A DNA stretch of 64,000 bases, taken from assembly GCA_934096265.1 (NCBI GenBank), contig CAKOLI010000001.1:77512-141511 (forward strand), given 5' to 3'. Numbering within the stretch: the stretch's first letter is position 1; each line of letters starts with the position of its first letter. Positions 1 to 8,989 of the stretch are shown here, piece after piece. Under the pieces are notes generated by a model, which saw nothing but the letters and a program-made list of their open reading frames with translations, ran no database searches and was not told the DNA's origin. The position numbers and the translations under genes are program-made. Origin of the DNA: an uncultured Bacilli bacterium (lineage in GTDB: Bacteria > Bacillota_I > Bacilli_A > RF39 > UBA660).

Positions 1-395
1 TCCTTAAAAGCCTTAGGAGCATACTTCAAACTACTTAAAACATCTAACTTTTCCCCCTTAAACTTCAAATACTTAAACGCAGGAGCCGCTAAAACTAATT
101 TCTTAACCTCACTATACTTAGAAGCAATATGACTAGCAATAACTCCTCCCATACTATGCCCCATAAGATAAATAGACTTATAACCATGCTTAATAAGTTT
201 TTCTACTTCTACCTCTACAGACCTTATCCAATCATCCTTACTAACACTAGTAATAATACTCTTATCATGACCAGGTAAAATAACATTATATACATCAAAA
301 TAAGGAACAAACTCTAAAGCATTAGCGAGATCTATATGATCCCAAACACCACCTGCAAAACCATGTATTAACAAAACAGCTCTTCTAAATAACAT
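1..395 (-). CDS. alpha/beta-fold hydrolase (esterase/lipase type); C-terminus runs off the window edge
   Basis: Reverse translation from the ATG at 395 reads MLFRRAVLLIHGFAGG...SIYLMGHSMGGVIASHIA. This gives an HG oxyanion motif and a GxSxG nucleophile elbow. Confidence 0.7.
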   Translation of the reverse strand, partial: MLFRRAVLLIHGFAGGVWDHIDLANALEFVPYFDVYNVILPGHDKSIITSVSKDDWIRSVEVEVEKLIKHGYKSIYLMGHSMGGVIASHIASKYSEVKKLVLAAPAFKYLKFKGEKLDVLSSLKYAPKAFK

Positions 396-398
396 ATA

Positions 399-1487
399 TT
401 ATCTCTCCTTAACCTTCTTCTTAATCTTAACAATCTCTTTCTTATTTATAATATCAGATATTGACTCATGACAACTAAGCCTATCTATAAGATAAGCTAA
501 ATCATAAGAAAAATCCACCTCATTAAACCAATCCCTCTTCTTAACATCATCACTTACATACGTTAAATTAGTAGTATATAATGCATCAAAATAATTATTA
601 GAATATGCATAATCAAACATAGAAACTCCCATCGTAAATAAAGAAAAAGTAACTATCAAATAAACCTTATTTGCCCCCTTATCCTTAAGATAAGAAGCAA
701 CCTCCAAAATAGAACTACCAGAAGCAATCATATCATCTACAACAATAATATCCTTCCCACATACATCTTTACCAATATACTTATGCTCTATAATAGGATG
801 CTTACCATCAACAATCCTAGAGTAATCCCTTCTCTTATCAAAAAATCCAATATCACGAACCTTAAGCATATCAGCATAAACTCTAGCCCTCTTAGTAGCC
901 CCAGCATCAGGACTAACTACCATAAGATTCTCATAACTATCAATATCTTCATTACTTACAAAATTATTTAACATCGTATTCGTAGGAAATATATTCTCAA
1001 ACCCCATATGCCTAACCGCCATCGAAGCCCTAGGATCATGTACATCAAAAGTAATCACTGTCCTAACCCCAAGTTCCTCTAAATCCCTAAGAGCCATCGC
1101 ACAATCCAGTGACTCTCTACCATTTCTCTGATGTTGCCTAGAAGCATATAACATTGGTTCAATAACATGAATACTATTAGCCTTACAATTAATTGCACTA
1201 ATAACCCTCTTAATATCTTGAAAATGATCATCAGGACTCATATGATTAACATAATTATACATATTATATGTAATAGTATGATTTTGAGTATCAGAAATAA
1301 TATACACATCCTTATCCCTAACAGTATCATTAATAGTAATCTTACCCTCTCCATTATTAAACCTAACCTCTGATATAGGTACTATAAAACCACTATCACT
1401 ACCACGTAAATCCATAATATGCCTATTAACCATATCACCTAAACAACTACAATTATTAAGAACAATAAGCCTCAAATTATCCTTCAT
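399..1487 (-). CDS. prs: ribose-phosphate pyrophosphokinase (PRPP synthetase)
   Basis: Track ORF 399..1499. Motifs DVHDPR, VVSPDAGATKRA and VVDDMIASGSS. Start moved to the ATG at 1487, which follows GGAGG. Confidence 0.9.
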   Translation of the reverse strand: MKDNLRLIVLNNCSCLGDMVNRHIMDLRGSDSGFIVPISEVRFNNGEGKITINDTVRDKDVYIISDTQNHTITYNMYNYVNHMSPDDHFQDIKRVISAINCKANSIHVIEPMLYASRQHQRNGRESLDCAMALRDLEELGVRTVITFDVHDPRASMAVRHMGFENIFPTNTMLNNFVSNEDIDSYENLMVVSPDAGATKRARVYADMLKVRDIGFFDKRRDYSRIVDGKHPIIEHKYIGKDVCGKDIIVVDDMIASGSSILEVASYLKDKGANKVYLIVTFSLFTMGVSMFDYAYSNNYFDALYTTNLTYVSDDVKKRDWFNEVDFSYDLAYLIDRLSCHESISDIINKKEIVKIKKKVKER

Positions 1488-1521
1488 AAACACCTCCAAA
1501 AAAAATAAAATAACCTTATGA

Positions 1522-1710
1522 TTATTTTATATAAATAGCTCCTGCAGGACAACCACTAGCTATTTCTTCTATATCTTCTCTATATTCTTCTAAGTTATCT
1601 TCGCATACAACATGTGCAAGTCCTTCATCATTATAACCAAAAACATTATTCAAAGAATCAATACACCTTCCACATCCAATACACTTATCTTGACTTACTT
1701 TAACTTCCAT
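1522..1710 (-). CDS. small 4Fe-4S ferredoxin
   Basis: 62 aa with CIGCGRC and a C-terminal CPAGAI cluster motif. Confidence 0.8.
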   Translation of the reverse strand: MEVKVSQDKCIGCGRCIDSLNNVFGYNDEGLAHVVCEDNLEEYREDIEEIASGCPAGAIYIK

Positions 1711-1820
1711 ATATACCTTCCTTTCATACTAATTATATAGAAATATTTATAAAAATGCAATAAAAATATTTAAATAATTATAAATTTATGCTATCATTAT
1801 TATGATAGGTGGTATAAATT

Positions 1821-2531
1821 ATGCAAAGTAGAATGGATAGATATAAAGAAAAAGATACAATAAATAACACAAGAAGTATAAGAAATAAAAACCTATATAA
1901 AGATATATATGAAGAACTAGATATATATGATAGATTACCTGTATCAGAAAATGTAAACGAAATAGATATAGAAACATTAAGAAAAATAACTACAAGAAGA
2001 GAATATCAAGAACAAAATAAAGAAAAAATAGAAAGAAACATTCATCCACAAAAAAAAGAGCCAGATCGTATTTATGATATCAACAAATTATTAGAACTAG
2101 CCCGTACTAATACATCCCTAAAGAAAATATCTTCTAATACTCTAACTAACTACGATAATCTAACTAAATTAAATGACAATATCAAAAAAGAATCTTTAGA
2201 AGAAGAAATTAAAAAAGAATTAGATAAACTAGATAAAGAAATAGAAAATGTAAAAAAAGAAATAGATCCTTCCCTAGACCTATTAGAAGATTTAAAAGGA
2301 GATGAAAACACCATCGTAACTAAACCCGCAAAAAAAGAAGACACCACAAAAACTAACTTAGAACTACAAAAAGAGTTCTACAGCAGTACCCTAGACTTTA
2401 ATAATGAAGACTTCTCATCTATAGAAGAAGAAGATAGTACCAATAGTGGTATCATATTTAAAATAGTAGTAATAATACTAACCATAACCGCGGTCGCTCT
2501 AGCGGTATTATACGTAATTAAAAATATATGA
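1821..2531 (+). CDS. hypothetical membrane-anchored K/E-rich coiled-coil protein
   Basis: Long ORF with backbone codon usage and a single C-terminal TM (IIFKIVVIILTITAVALAVLYVI). No recognisable catalytic motif. Confidence 0.5.
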   Translation: MQSRMDRYKEKDTINNTRSIRNKNLYKDIYEELDIYDRLPVSENVNEIDIETLRKITTRREYQEQNKEKIERNIHPQKKEPDRIYDINKLLELARTNTSLKKISSNTLTNYDNLTKLNDNIKKESLEEEIKKELDKLDKEIENVKKEIDPSLDLLEDLKGDENTIVTKPAKKEDTTKTNLELQKEFYSSTLDFNNEDFSSIEEEDSTNSGIIFKIVVIILTITAVALAVLYVIKNI

Positions 2532-2610
2532 AGGTAAGCACCTTCTTTTTCTTTTCCCATAGCTTTTACCTTACTTTTATGTTAAAATATTATAAGAAAG
2601 AGTGGTACCT

Positions 2611-3564
2611 ATGCAAAACGTTATACTAATATATGGATTAATTAAAGAACTAATAGATAAACATTTAGAAAATATTAAAACAAATCTTAAAATAGATGAT
2701 ATAAACATAATAAAATATGACTATGATAATAACCTATATGATATTATAGAAGATGCCAATATGCCTAGCTTATTTAAAGGAAATAAACTAATTATTGTAT
2801 ATAACGCTACCTTCTTAAAAGAAGAAAAACAAGATAATAATCTAAATATTATAGAAAATTATCTAAAAAGTCCAAATAAAGATACCTACCTAGTATTCAT
2901 CCTAGAAGAAGAAAAACTAGATACTAGAAGAAAAATAGTAAAATTATTTAATGAAAAAGCCAAAGTATACGAATGTACTAAACTAGATAACCAAACAACA
3001 TCTACCTACATACAAAACTATCTAACTACTAAAAATTATAAAATAGATATAAGTACCATAAATATCTTAATAAATCGCTTAGGAAACAATATAAGTAGTA
3101 TAAAAAACGAATTAGATAAAATAATTATAAATAAAAAAAATTCATCCACTATTACTAAAGAAGATATAAACTATATTAAAGAAACCAACGCGGACGCTAC
3201 TATATTTACTCTAATTGAAGCAATATGTAATAAAGAAACAGAAAAAAGCATAAAACTATATCGTAAATTCATATATGAATCTGTAGAACCAGTAAAAATA
3301 ATAGCCCTACTTGCATCTAAATATAGACTTATATATCAAGTAAAAATACTATATCAAGAAGGTAAAAATAAATATGATATTAGTAAAATACTAAAAGTAC
3401 ATTCATATCCAGTATCACTAGCAATAACCCTAAGTTATAAATATAGTGAAAAAGAATTACTAAAAATACTATCAGAACTATACTATATAGATTTAGACTT
3501 TAAAAAAGGTAAAATAAACATAGAAAATGCTTTAGAACTATTTATACTAAAAAGAAGTAAGTAA
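2611..3564 (+). CDS. holA: DNA polymerase III delta subunit
   Basis: About 318 aa. N-terminus VILIYG...DANMPSLFKGNKLIIV resembles HolA. Start placed at the ATG at 2611 inside track ORF 2602..3564. Confidence 0.65.
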   Translation: MQNVILIYGLIKELIDKHLENIKTNLKIDDINIIKYDYDNNLYDIIEDANMPSLFKGNKLIIVYNATFLKEEKQDNNLNIIENYLKSPNKDTYLVFILEEEKLDTRRKIVKLFNEKAKVYECTKLDNQTTSTYIQNYLTTKNYKIDISTINILINRLGNNISSIKNELDKIIINKKNSSTITKEDINYIKETNADATIFTLIEAICNKETEKSIKLYRKFIYESVEPVKIIALLASKYRLIYQVKILYQEGKNKYDISKILKVHSYPVSLAITLSYKYSEKELLKILSELYYIDLDFKKGKINIENALELFILKRSK

Positions 3565-3572
3565 AACAAATT

Positions 3573-4535
3573 CTACTTACTTAAATTTAATATCCTATTA
3601 GTATTAGAAAAATTAACCTTAGCAATACTCTTAAGCTTCTCCTTACCATATCTTTTAACTATCATAATACCAGCATCATCAACTATAGAAGAAGCCCCCT
3701 TAGGAATAAGTATCTTAATCTCATCCCCAATTCTATTTATCTCCTTTATAAATACATATCTACTAATAATAGAAGATACAGCTACACTCATTACTTTATC
3801 TTCTGCCTTAGTAATAAAAGTAATACCCCTAACAACATTACCCACATCTTTTAAATAATTATAATAATTAACTTCAGGAGTAAATTCATCTACTACAATA
3901 TAATCATAAGGATACATCTTACTAACCAAAGCATTAAGTGCCTTATTATGTAAAATAGCCTTAATCTTATTCATATTCATATCACTACTATAAACTCTAT
4001 TATAATCACTATTATTAAGTATAATAGTACTATGTTTAATCTTATCCTTAATAAGAGGCACAATCTTCAATATCTGTTCATCTTTCAATTTCTTAGAATC
4101 CCTAATACCTAACTCTTGCAAAAAAGGAATATCTTCTTTTCTAACATAACTCGCAGTAACTACAATAGGCCCAAAATAATCTCCAGTACCAACCTCATCA
4201 CTACCAATACTATTAATATTAAAAGGAATACTTATATCATTATCCTCTTTTTTTATATTTTTATTATTATCATCAAACCCATCATCAAGAATCATAGCCA
4301 CTTCCTTATTACCCTTATTAAACTCTTGCCACATCAAAGCATCTTCCTTAGCATTTTCTCCTTGAAACATTACCTTATTAGAATTATATAAAGTAACTAC
4401 CGTACCAGCTTCCTCTGCTTGAAAAACAGAATAAGGAGGATTACTACTCCTAAGCTTATCTTGATAATAACTAATTAATTTCTCTCTAGTATTACTATTT
4501 ACTACAAAGACAATAGTCTCATTTTTCTTCTTCAT
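3573..4535 (-). CDS. rnhC: ribonuclease HIII
   Basis: GSDEVGTGDYFGP catalytic motif after an N-terminal ~90-aa domain. Classical rnhC-cvpA neighbourhood. Confidence 0.85.
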   Translation of the reverse strand: MKKKNETIVFVVNSNTREKLISYYQDKLRSSNPPYSVFQAEEAGTVVTLYNSNKVMFQGENAKEDALMWQEFNKGNKEVAMILDDGFDDNNKNIKKEDNDISIPFNINSIGSDEVGTGDYFGPIVVTASYVRKEDIPFLQELGIRDSKKLKDEQILKIVPLIKDKIKHSTIILNNSDYNRVYSSDMNMNKIKAILHNKALNALVSKMYPYDYIVVDEFTPEVNYYNYLKDVGNVVRGITFITKAEDKVMSVAVSSIISRYVFIKEINRIGDEIKILIPKGASSIVDDAGIMIVKRYGKEKLKSIAKVNFSNTNRILNLSK

Positions 4536-4635
4536 TATAACCACCTAACATAATTGTACCATAAATTTATTAATTTTTCTTTTCTTTTTAAACTTTTTAG
4601 TATATAATTAAAATATAGAGGAGGGAAGAACATAT

Positions 4636-5352
4636 ATGAATATAGTAGATGTTGTAATCTTACTGTTTATTGCCTTAGGAGCCGTAATTGGATTTAAACA
4701 AGGATTTATTCAAAAAACTGCTAGTTTATTAGGATTAATAATAATAACTATAATATCTTTCTTGCTTAAAGATATTATATCAGTAATACTATATGAAAAC
4801 CTACCATTCTTTAACTTTGGAGGACTAATTAAAGGTGTAGAAATGATTAATGTAATTATGTATGAATTAATTGCCTTCTTCATTATCTTTATTCTACTAT
4901 CAGTAATACTAAGAATAATACTAACTATTACAGGAATAGTAGAAAAACTACTTAAAATGACTATTATCCTAGCTATACCATCTAAAATACTAGGTGCTAT
5001 AGTAGGAGCTATAGAATACTACTTATATGCCTTTATCTTATTATTCTTACTAACATTACCAGTATTTAACATAAAAATAATTAATGAATCAAAATTTAAA
5101 GACAATATCTTAAACAAAACACCTATTATATCATCTTTTGCTAAAGAAACATTAGATGTATATAAAGAAGTATATGATGCAATAGATTCTCATAATGGTA
5201 AAAATACAGAAGAAGTAAATGGAAAAGTATTGGATGTCTTACTTAAATATGATATAATTAGCGTTGAATCTACAGAAAAACTAATAAATGCTAACAAAGT
5301 ACATGTTAGTAATAAAGATGAAATACTAAATAAATATAGGGAGGCTAAATAA
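4636..5352 (+). CDS. cvpA: CvpA-family membrane protein
   Basis: N-terminus MNIVDVVILLFIALGAVIGFKQGFI and multiple TM segments. Adjacent to rnhC as in Firmicutes. Confidence 0.7.
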   Translation: MNIVDVVILLFIALGAVIGFKQGFIQKTASLLGLIIITIISFLLKDIISVILYENLPFFNFGGLIKGVEMINVIMYELIAFFIIFILLSVILRIILTITGIVEKLLKMTIILAIPSKILGAIVGAIEYYLYAFILLFLLTLPVFNIKIINESKFKDNILNKTPIISSFAKETLDVYKEVYDAIDSHNGKNTEEVNGKVLDVLLKYDIISVESTEKLINANKVHVSNKDEILNKYREAK

Positions 5353-5651
5353 TGAGCGTTATCCATTTAGAAAATGAAGACTTTAATAACTTAATAGCAA
5401 ACAAGAAAGTAGTTGTAGACTTCTTTGCCACTTGGTGTGGACCTTGTAAAATGTTTGGTCCTATCTTTGAAAAAACAGCTGAAAAAAGTGATATAACTTT
5501 TATCAAAGTAGATACCGATAAACATCCACATATAGCTAAAGAATATGGTATAATGAGTATACCTACTATCTTATTACTAGATAATGGTAAAGTAGTAAAC
5601 AAACATATAGGTTTTTTAAATGAAATAGAATTAGAAAACTTTATAAAATAA
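5352..5651 (+). CDS. trxA: thioredoxin
   Basis: 99 aa with the WCGPCK active site. Confidence 0.9.
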   Translation: MSVIHLENEDFNNLIANKKVVVDFFATWCGPCKMFGPIFEKTAEKSDITFIKVDTDKHPHIAKEYGIMSIPTILLLDNGKVVNKHIGFLNEIELENFIK

Positions 5652-5660
5652 ATTTTAAAA

Positions 5661-5783
5661 GGAGTTGATAGTGATGAGTAGAGTTAATCAAAAGTGTCCT
5701 AAAACCCTTATTTTACTAGGGGGGGGGGCAATTACAAATCCTTATAAATAAAGGGTTTAAGCCTCATTTTAACTATCAAAAAA
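5661..5783 (+). repeat. 123-nt structured intergenic element with G10 tract, copy A
   Basis: Identical to 31801..31923 except 3 mismatches. Nested complementary arms are TTGATAGT(5665-5672)/ACTATCAA(5772-5779), ATGAG/CTCAT and AAACCCTT(5702-5709)/AAGGGTTT(5751-5758). The G10 tract lies at 5719-5728. Confidence 0.85.
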
Positions 5784-5879
5784 ACACATATAAATCTATA
5801 TTAGAGATATAGCTATTTTTAGCTTGTATTTTTAATGTAGATTTTTTTATATTTAAATAAAAGAAGGAGAGTGTTAAAC

Positions 5880-7664
5880 ATGGATAATAATAAAAGAGTA
5901 TACTTAATAATAGGAGTAATAACTATTACAATGTTAGTTATGGGAGTAACAACAGCGTGGTTTACTTGGCATAGTACTACTAATGCAGATGTAACATTTA
6001 ATGTTAATGGATTAGATATTATTAATACTAATGTAGATATAATAGGTAAGAAGTTATATCCTACAAATAATAAAGAAAATGGTATAGTAGAAGAATTTAC
6101 TGTTAAACAAAACAGTGATATATCTACTCCTGTATGTAGTGATTTTACTCTAACATTAACTACATTACCAACTGAGTTACAACATAAGAGTTTTAAGTAT
6201 AAACTATATAATGGAACTAACCTAGTAGGAAGTGGTAACTTTGAAGGCAAGACACAAGGACAAGTAATAACTATTGCAACAAGTCAACCTGTTACAGGTA
6301 ATATTTCTACATATAAGTTATATATCTGGATAGATGGTACTATGGATAATCCATTATCTATGGGAGGAAAAAGCTTTCTATTTAAATTAATTATTAAAGC
6401 AAGTCAACAAGAAAATGCATGTACACCTAGTGTATTACTTGATGACTCTGGTGCAAATATCCCAGTTTTAGCAGAAGGAATGATACCAATAAAGTGGGAT
6501 GGCTCTAAATGGGTAAAGGCATCTACTACCATAGCAGGAGATTGGTATGACTACGATGCTAAGAAATGGGCAAATGCTGTAATGGTTACAAGTGATACAA
6601 GAGATAGTTATATGTCAGATATAACTAAACCAGTAGGTAGTGAAGTATTAGAAAGTGATATCTTAGCTTACTACGTATGGATACCAAGATATAAGTATCA
6701 ACTATTTAATGTGAACTCCGAAAAAATGGACCCAATAGAGATACAAATAGAATTTGAAAGCAAAGATACTACAAAATCAACTGGAAGTACAAATGGAGAG
6801 TGGCTTACCCATCCAGCGTTTACTTTTGGTACTCAAGAACTATCAGGCATCTGGGTAGGTAAGTTTGAAACTAGTGTAGATACCAGTGATACTTGTTATA
6901 TTAATCCATCAAAGACTAACTGTAATAAAGAGTTAAGTAGTCCTAGAATTAAACCAGCTAGAGTTTCCTTAACATATCAAAAAATATCCAATCAATTTTT
7001 AACATCTAAGAAGTTTGGTACTACTAATTATTTAACTACAAATGGAGTAAATCAGGTAGATGCCCATATGATGAAGAATATAGAATGGGGAGCAGTTGCA
7101 TACTTAAAACAAAGTAAATATGGATTAGGTACAACAGATATAGCAAATAATTCATACGATAAAAATTATATTCCATATTATATGACGGGATGTGGACCTA
7201 AGAGTTTAACTGATTATAATAATTCTACTACAACATGTAATGCTTATAATACTGATATTGGTGTTAAGGCTTCTACTACAGGTAATGTATACGGAGTATA
7301 TGATATGGCAGGAGGAGCATGGGAATACGTTATGGGAGTAATGAAAACTAGTGATGGAACCAGATTACTATATGGAGGTTACTCTGGATTTACAACGAGT
7401 ACATTATCTTTAGATAGTAAATATGTAGATGCATATACATATGGAACATCTGGTAGTGATTATACAAGGAGAATCCTAGGAGATGCAACAGGAGAAACAA
7501 GAGGGTGGTATTCAGATGATGCTCGTTTTCCTGTTTCCTCCACTTCGTTCTTCGCACGTGGAGGCTACGGTGGTGGGTCTTACATGGGCGTGTTCTTCTT
7601 CAACGCCTTCGATGGGGATGCGATCAACCTCGGCTCCTTCCGTTCCACCTTGGCAACTCAGTAG
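5880..7664 (+). CDS. secreted surface protein: TasA/SipW-type signal peptide, beta-rich N-domain, C-terminal FGE-sulfatase/C-type-lectin-like domain
   Basis: N-terminus MDNNKRVYLIIGVITITMLVMGVTTAWFTW...ADVTFNVNGLDI resembles TasA (GGTWAAF...DATFASGTLDL). GVYDMAGGAWEYV and the RGG...SFR tail are FGE/CLec hallmarks. The ATG at 5880 follows AAGGAGAG. Confidence 0.75.
   Translation: MDNNKRVYLIIGVITITMLVMGVTTAWFTWHSTTNADVTFNVNGLDIINTNVDIIGKKLYPTNNKENGIVEEFTVKQNSDISTPVCSDFTLTLTTLPTELQHKSFKYKLYNGTNLVGSGNFEGKTQGQVITIATSQPVTGNISTYKLYIWIDGTMDNPLSMGGKSFLFKLIIKASQQENACTPSVLLDDSGANIPVLAEGMIPIKWDGSKWVKASTTIAGDWYDYDAKKWANAVMVTSDTRDSYMSDITKPVGSEVLESDILAYYVWIPRYKYQLFNVNSEKMDPIEIQIEFESKDTTKSTGSTNGEWLTHPAFTFGTQELSGIWVGKFETSVDTSDTCYINPSKTNCNKELSSPRIKPARVSLTYQKISNQFLTSKKFGTTNYLTTNGVNQVDAHMMKNIEWGAVAYLKQSKYGLGTTDIANNSYDKNYIPYYMTGCGPKSLTDYNNSTTTCNAYNTDIGVKASTTGNVYGVYDMAGGAWEYVMGVMKTSDGTRLLYGGYSGFTTSTLSLDSKYVDAYTYGTSGSDYTRRILGDATGETRGWYSDDARFPVSSTSFFARGGYGGGSYMGVFFFNAFDGDAINLGSFRSTLATQ
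7521..7661 (+). other. adenine-poor, NNC-codon-rich segment (DGR variable-region-like)
   Basis: Abrupt switch to TTC/AAC/GCC/ATC/CTC/GGC/TCC codons, with about 17 A in 141 nt by hand count. The stop codon sits in the hairpin TAGGAG-TTA-CTCCTA at 7662-7676. Confidence 0.55.
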
Positions 7665-7674
7665 GAGTTACTCC

Positions 7675-7705
7675 TAAACTTAACACACTTAAAAAATAAA
7701 TATAA
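7675..7705 (+). repeat. imperfect direct repeat, left copy (TAAACTTAACACACT...AAATAAATATA)
   Basis: Matches 9242..9269 (TAAACCTAACACACT..AAATAAATATA). The pair brackets the ISAs1-fragment segment. Confidence 0.55.
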
Positions 7706-8090
7706 ACTTATTTCAATTGATGGTAAAGCAATTAAAAGTGCTACTGATAAAATTAATGGAGGGAATATTCCTTATATAGTTTCAGCTTTTCCATCTGATT
7801 TAGGTATATCAATAGGACAAGTAAAAGTTGATGATAAATCTAATGAAATTACTGCAATACCCGAGTTACTAGATTTAATTGACATAGAAAATTGTATTAT
7901 TACTATAGATGCAATAGGTTGTCAAAAAGATATTGCAAAAAAGATTGTTGATAAGAATGGGCATTATTGTTTTGCAGTTAAAGAAAATAAAAAGAATTTT
8001 TATCGAGATATAAAAGATTATTTTGATTATATTTTAAATAATAATACTGAAAAGCAAAACATAATCAATTATAAGAAAAATCTGTTATAA
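7701..8090 (+). pseudogene. ISAs1-family transposase internal fragment
   Basis: Open frame without a start codon reads ...LISIDGKAIKSATD...VSAFPSDLGISIGQVKVDDKSNEITAIPELLDLIDIENCIITIDAIGCQKDIAKKIV.... This matches the conserved ISAs1 DDE core (SNEITAIPELL, TIDAMGCQ). It spans only ~125 codons. Confidence 0.75.
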
Positions 8091-8295
8091 CTTAACTAAA
8101 TTAGATACAATCAATACTAAATTAGGTTTTAAAAAAAAATTAACATTGTATAATCATAATTTGGGCAATATAAAAAGATTAATATTTAATGTTATCCCTA
8201 AAGAATATTAATCTTCATATTTTTTATGCGTTTGACTGATTATTATTAAAAAATTATTTTTTTATGGTAAAATTAGATAGTAAGGAGAGAAAAAA

Positions 8296-8832
8296 ATGAA
8301 AACAAATCTTATATACTTTGTTCATGGAACAACTTATGATAACGCCAGTAAAAAATGTTCTGGTTGGAAACAAGTCGAACTTAATGACTTAGGTAAAGAA
8401 CAAGCAGCAAATTTAGGGAAGGTTAATGCAAATATTAAATTTGATGTGATATTTACATCAGATTTAATTAGAACAATAGATAGTGCAAATATTGCTTTTC
8501 CAAATGTACCAAAAATTCAAGATAAAAGATTGAGAGAATGTAATTATGGGGATTTAGATGGGGAAGATAAACATCTTATAGTATATGAAGAACATGTTGA
8601 TACACCATTTCCTAATGGAGAATCTTTAAAAGATGTTGAAAAAAGAATTAAAAGTTTTATTGATGATATTTTAAAGGATTATAAAGGAAAAACTATAGGT
8701 ATCGTTGCACATAGAGCTCCACAATTAGCATTTGAAGTTATAACTAAAAATATCAGTTGGGAAGAAGCGAATAAATGCGATTGGAGAAAAACTGGAGATT
8801 GGCAACCTGGTTGGAAGTACAATATAGATTAA
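8296..8832 (+). CDS. histidine phosphatase (phosphoglycerate-mutase-like) family protein
   Basis: 178 aa. N-terminal IYFVHGTTYDN (RHG-like motif with V for R) and a later VAHRAP His motif. Island-type codon usage. Confidence 0.55.
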   Translation: MKTNLIYFVHGTTYDNASKKCSGWKQVELNDLGKEQAANLGKVNANIKFDVIFTSDLIRTIDSANIAFPNVPKIQDKRLRECNYGDLDGEDKHLIVYEEHVDTPFPNGESLKDVEKRIKSFIDDILKDYKGKTIGIVAHRAPQLAFEVITKNISWEEANKCDWRKTGDWQPGWKYNID

Positions 8833-8940
8833 TGAGGGTAAAATAGCAAAAAAACTTCAATGTATCCCACATTTTAATGAAATTTATTGACTTATTAAGG
8901 TAAATAATGCAAAATCTCGAGTTTGACAGTTTCAAAAGAG

Positions 8941-8989
8941 AAAAAACTCTCCAGCCCTTATTTTATGGGGCTTGTGAGAGTTTTTTTTT
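8941..8989. terminator. bidirectional intrinsic terminator
   Basis: AAAAAACTCTCCAGCCC-loop-GGGGCTTGTGAGAGTTTTTTTTT, a long stem flanked by A and T runs. Confidence 0.7.

Noticed and set aside
783-1373. Plus-strand ORFs 783..971 and 1167..1373 inside prs. Similar antisense or shadow ORFs include 2150..2347, 2378..2560, 4116..4391, 5345..5602, 5819..6250, 9469..9759, 11520..12401, 12990..13334, 13664..13954, 14317..14604, 15856..16350, 17746..17979, 21144..21674, 21965..22147, 22396..22677, 23638..24222 and 26254..27180. Further examples are 27776..28042, 28494..29211, 29908..30675, 31041..31256, 33424..33678, 35970..36521, 37030..37242, 39958..40272, 42333..42905, 43346..43585, 44709..45623, 46486..46698, 50768..51169, 55155..56047, 56883..57377, 58267..58464 and 61701..61889.
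   Set aside because: All overlap strongly supported genes on the other strand or in another frame. Their products are low-complexity (I/L/S/F-rich) and have no RBS. They are typical shadow ORFs of AT-rich DNA.
7483-7677. 64-aa alternative-frame ORF over the end of the surface-protein gene.
   Set aside because: It exists only because the adenine-poor, GC-rich VR-like patch lacks stop codons in other frames. It has no RBS and is fully nested in the real frame.
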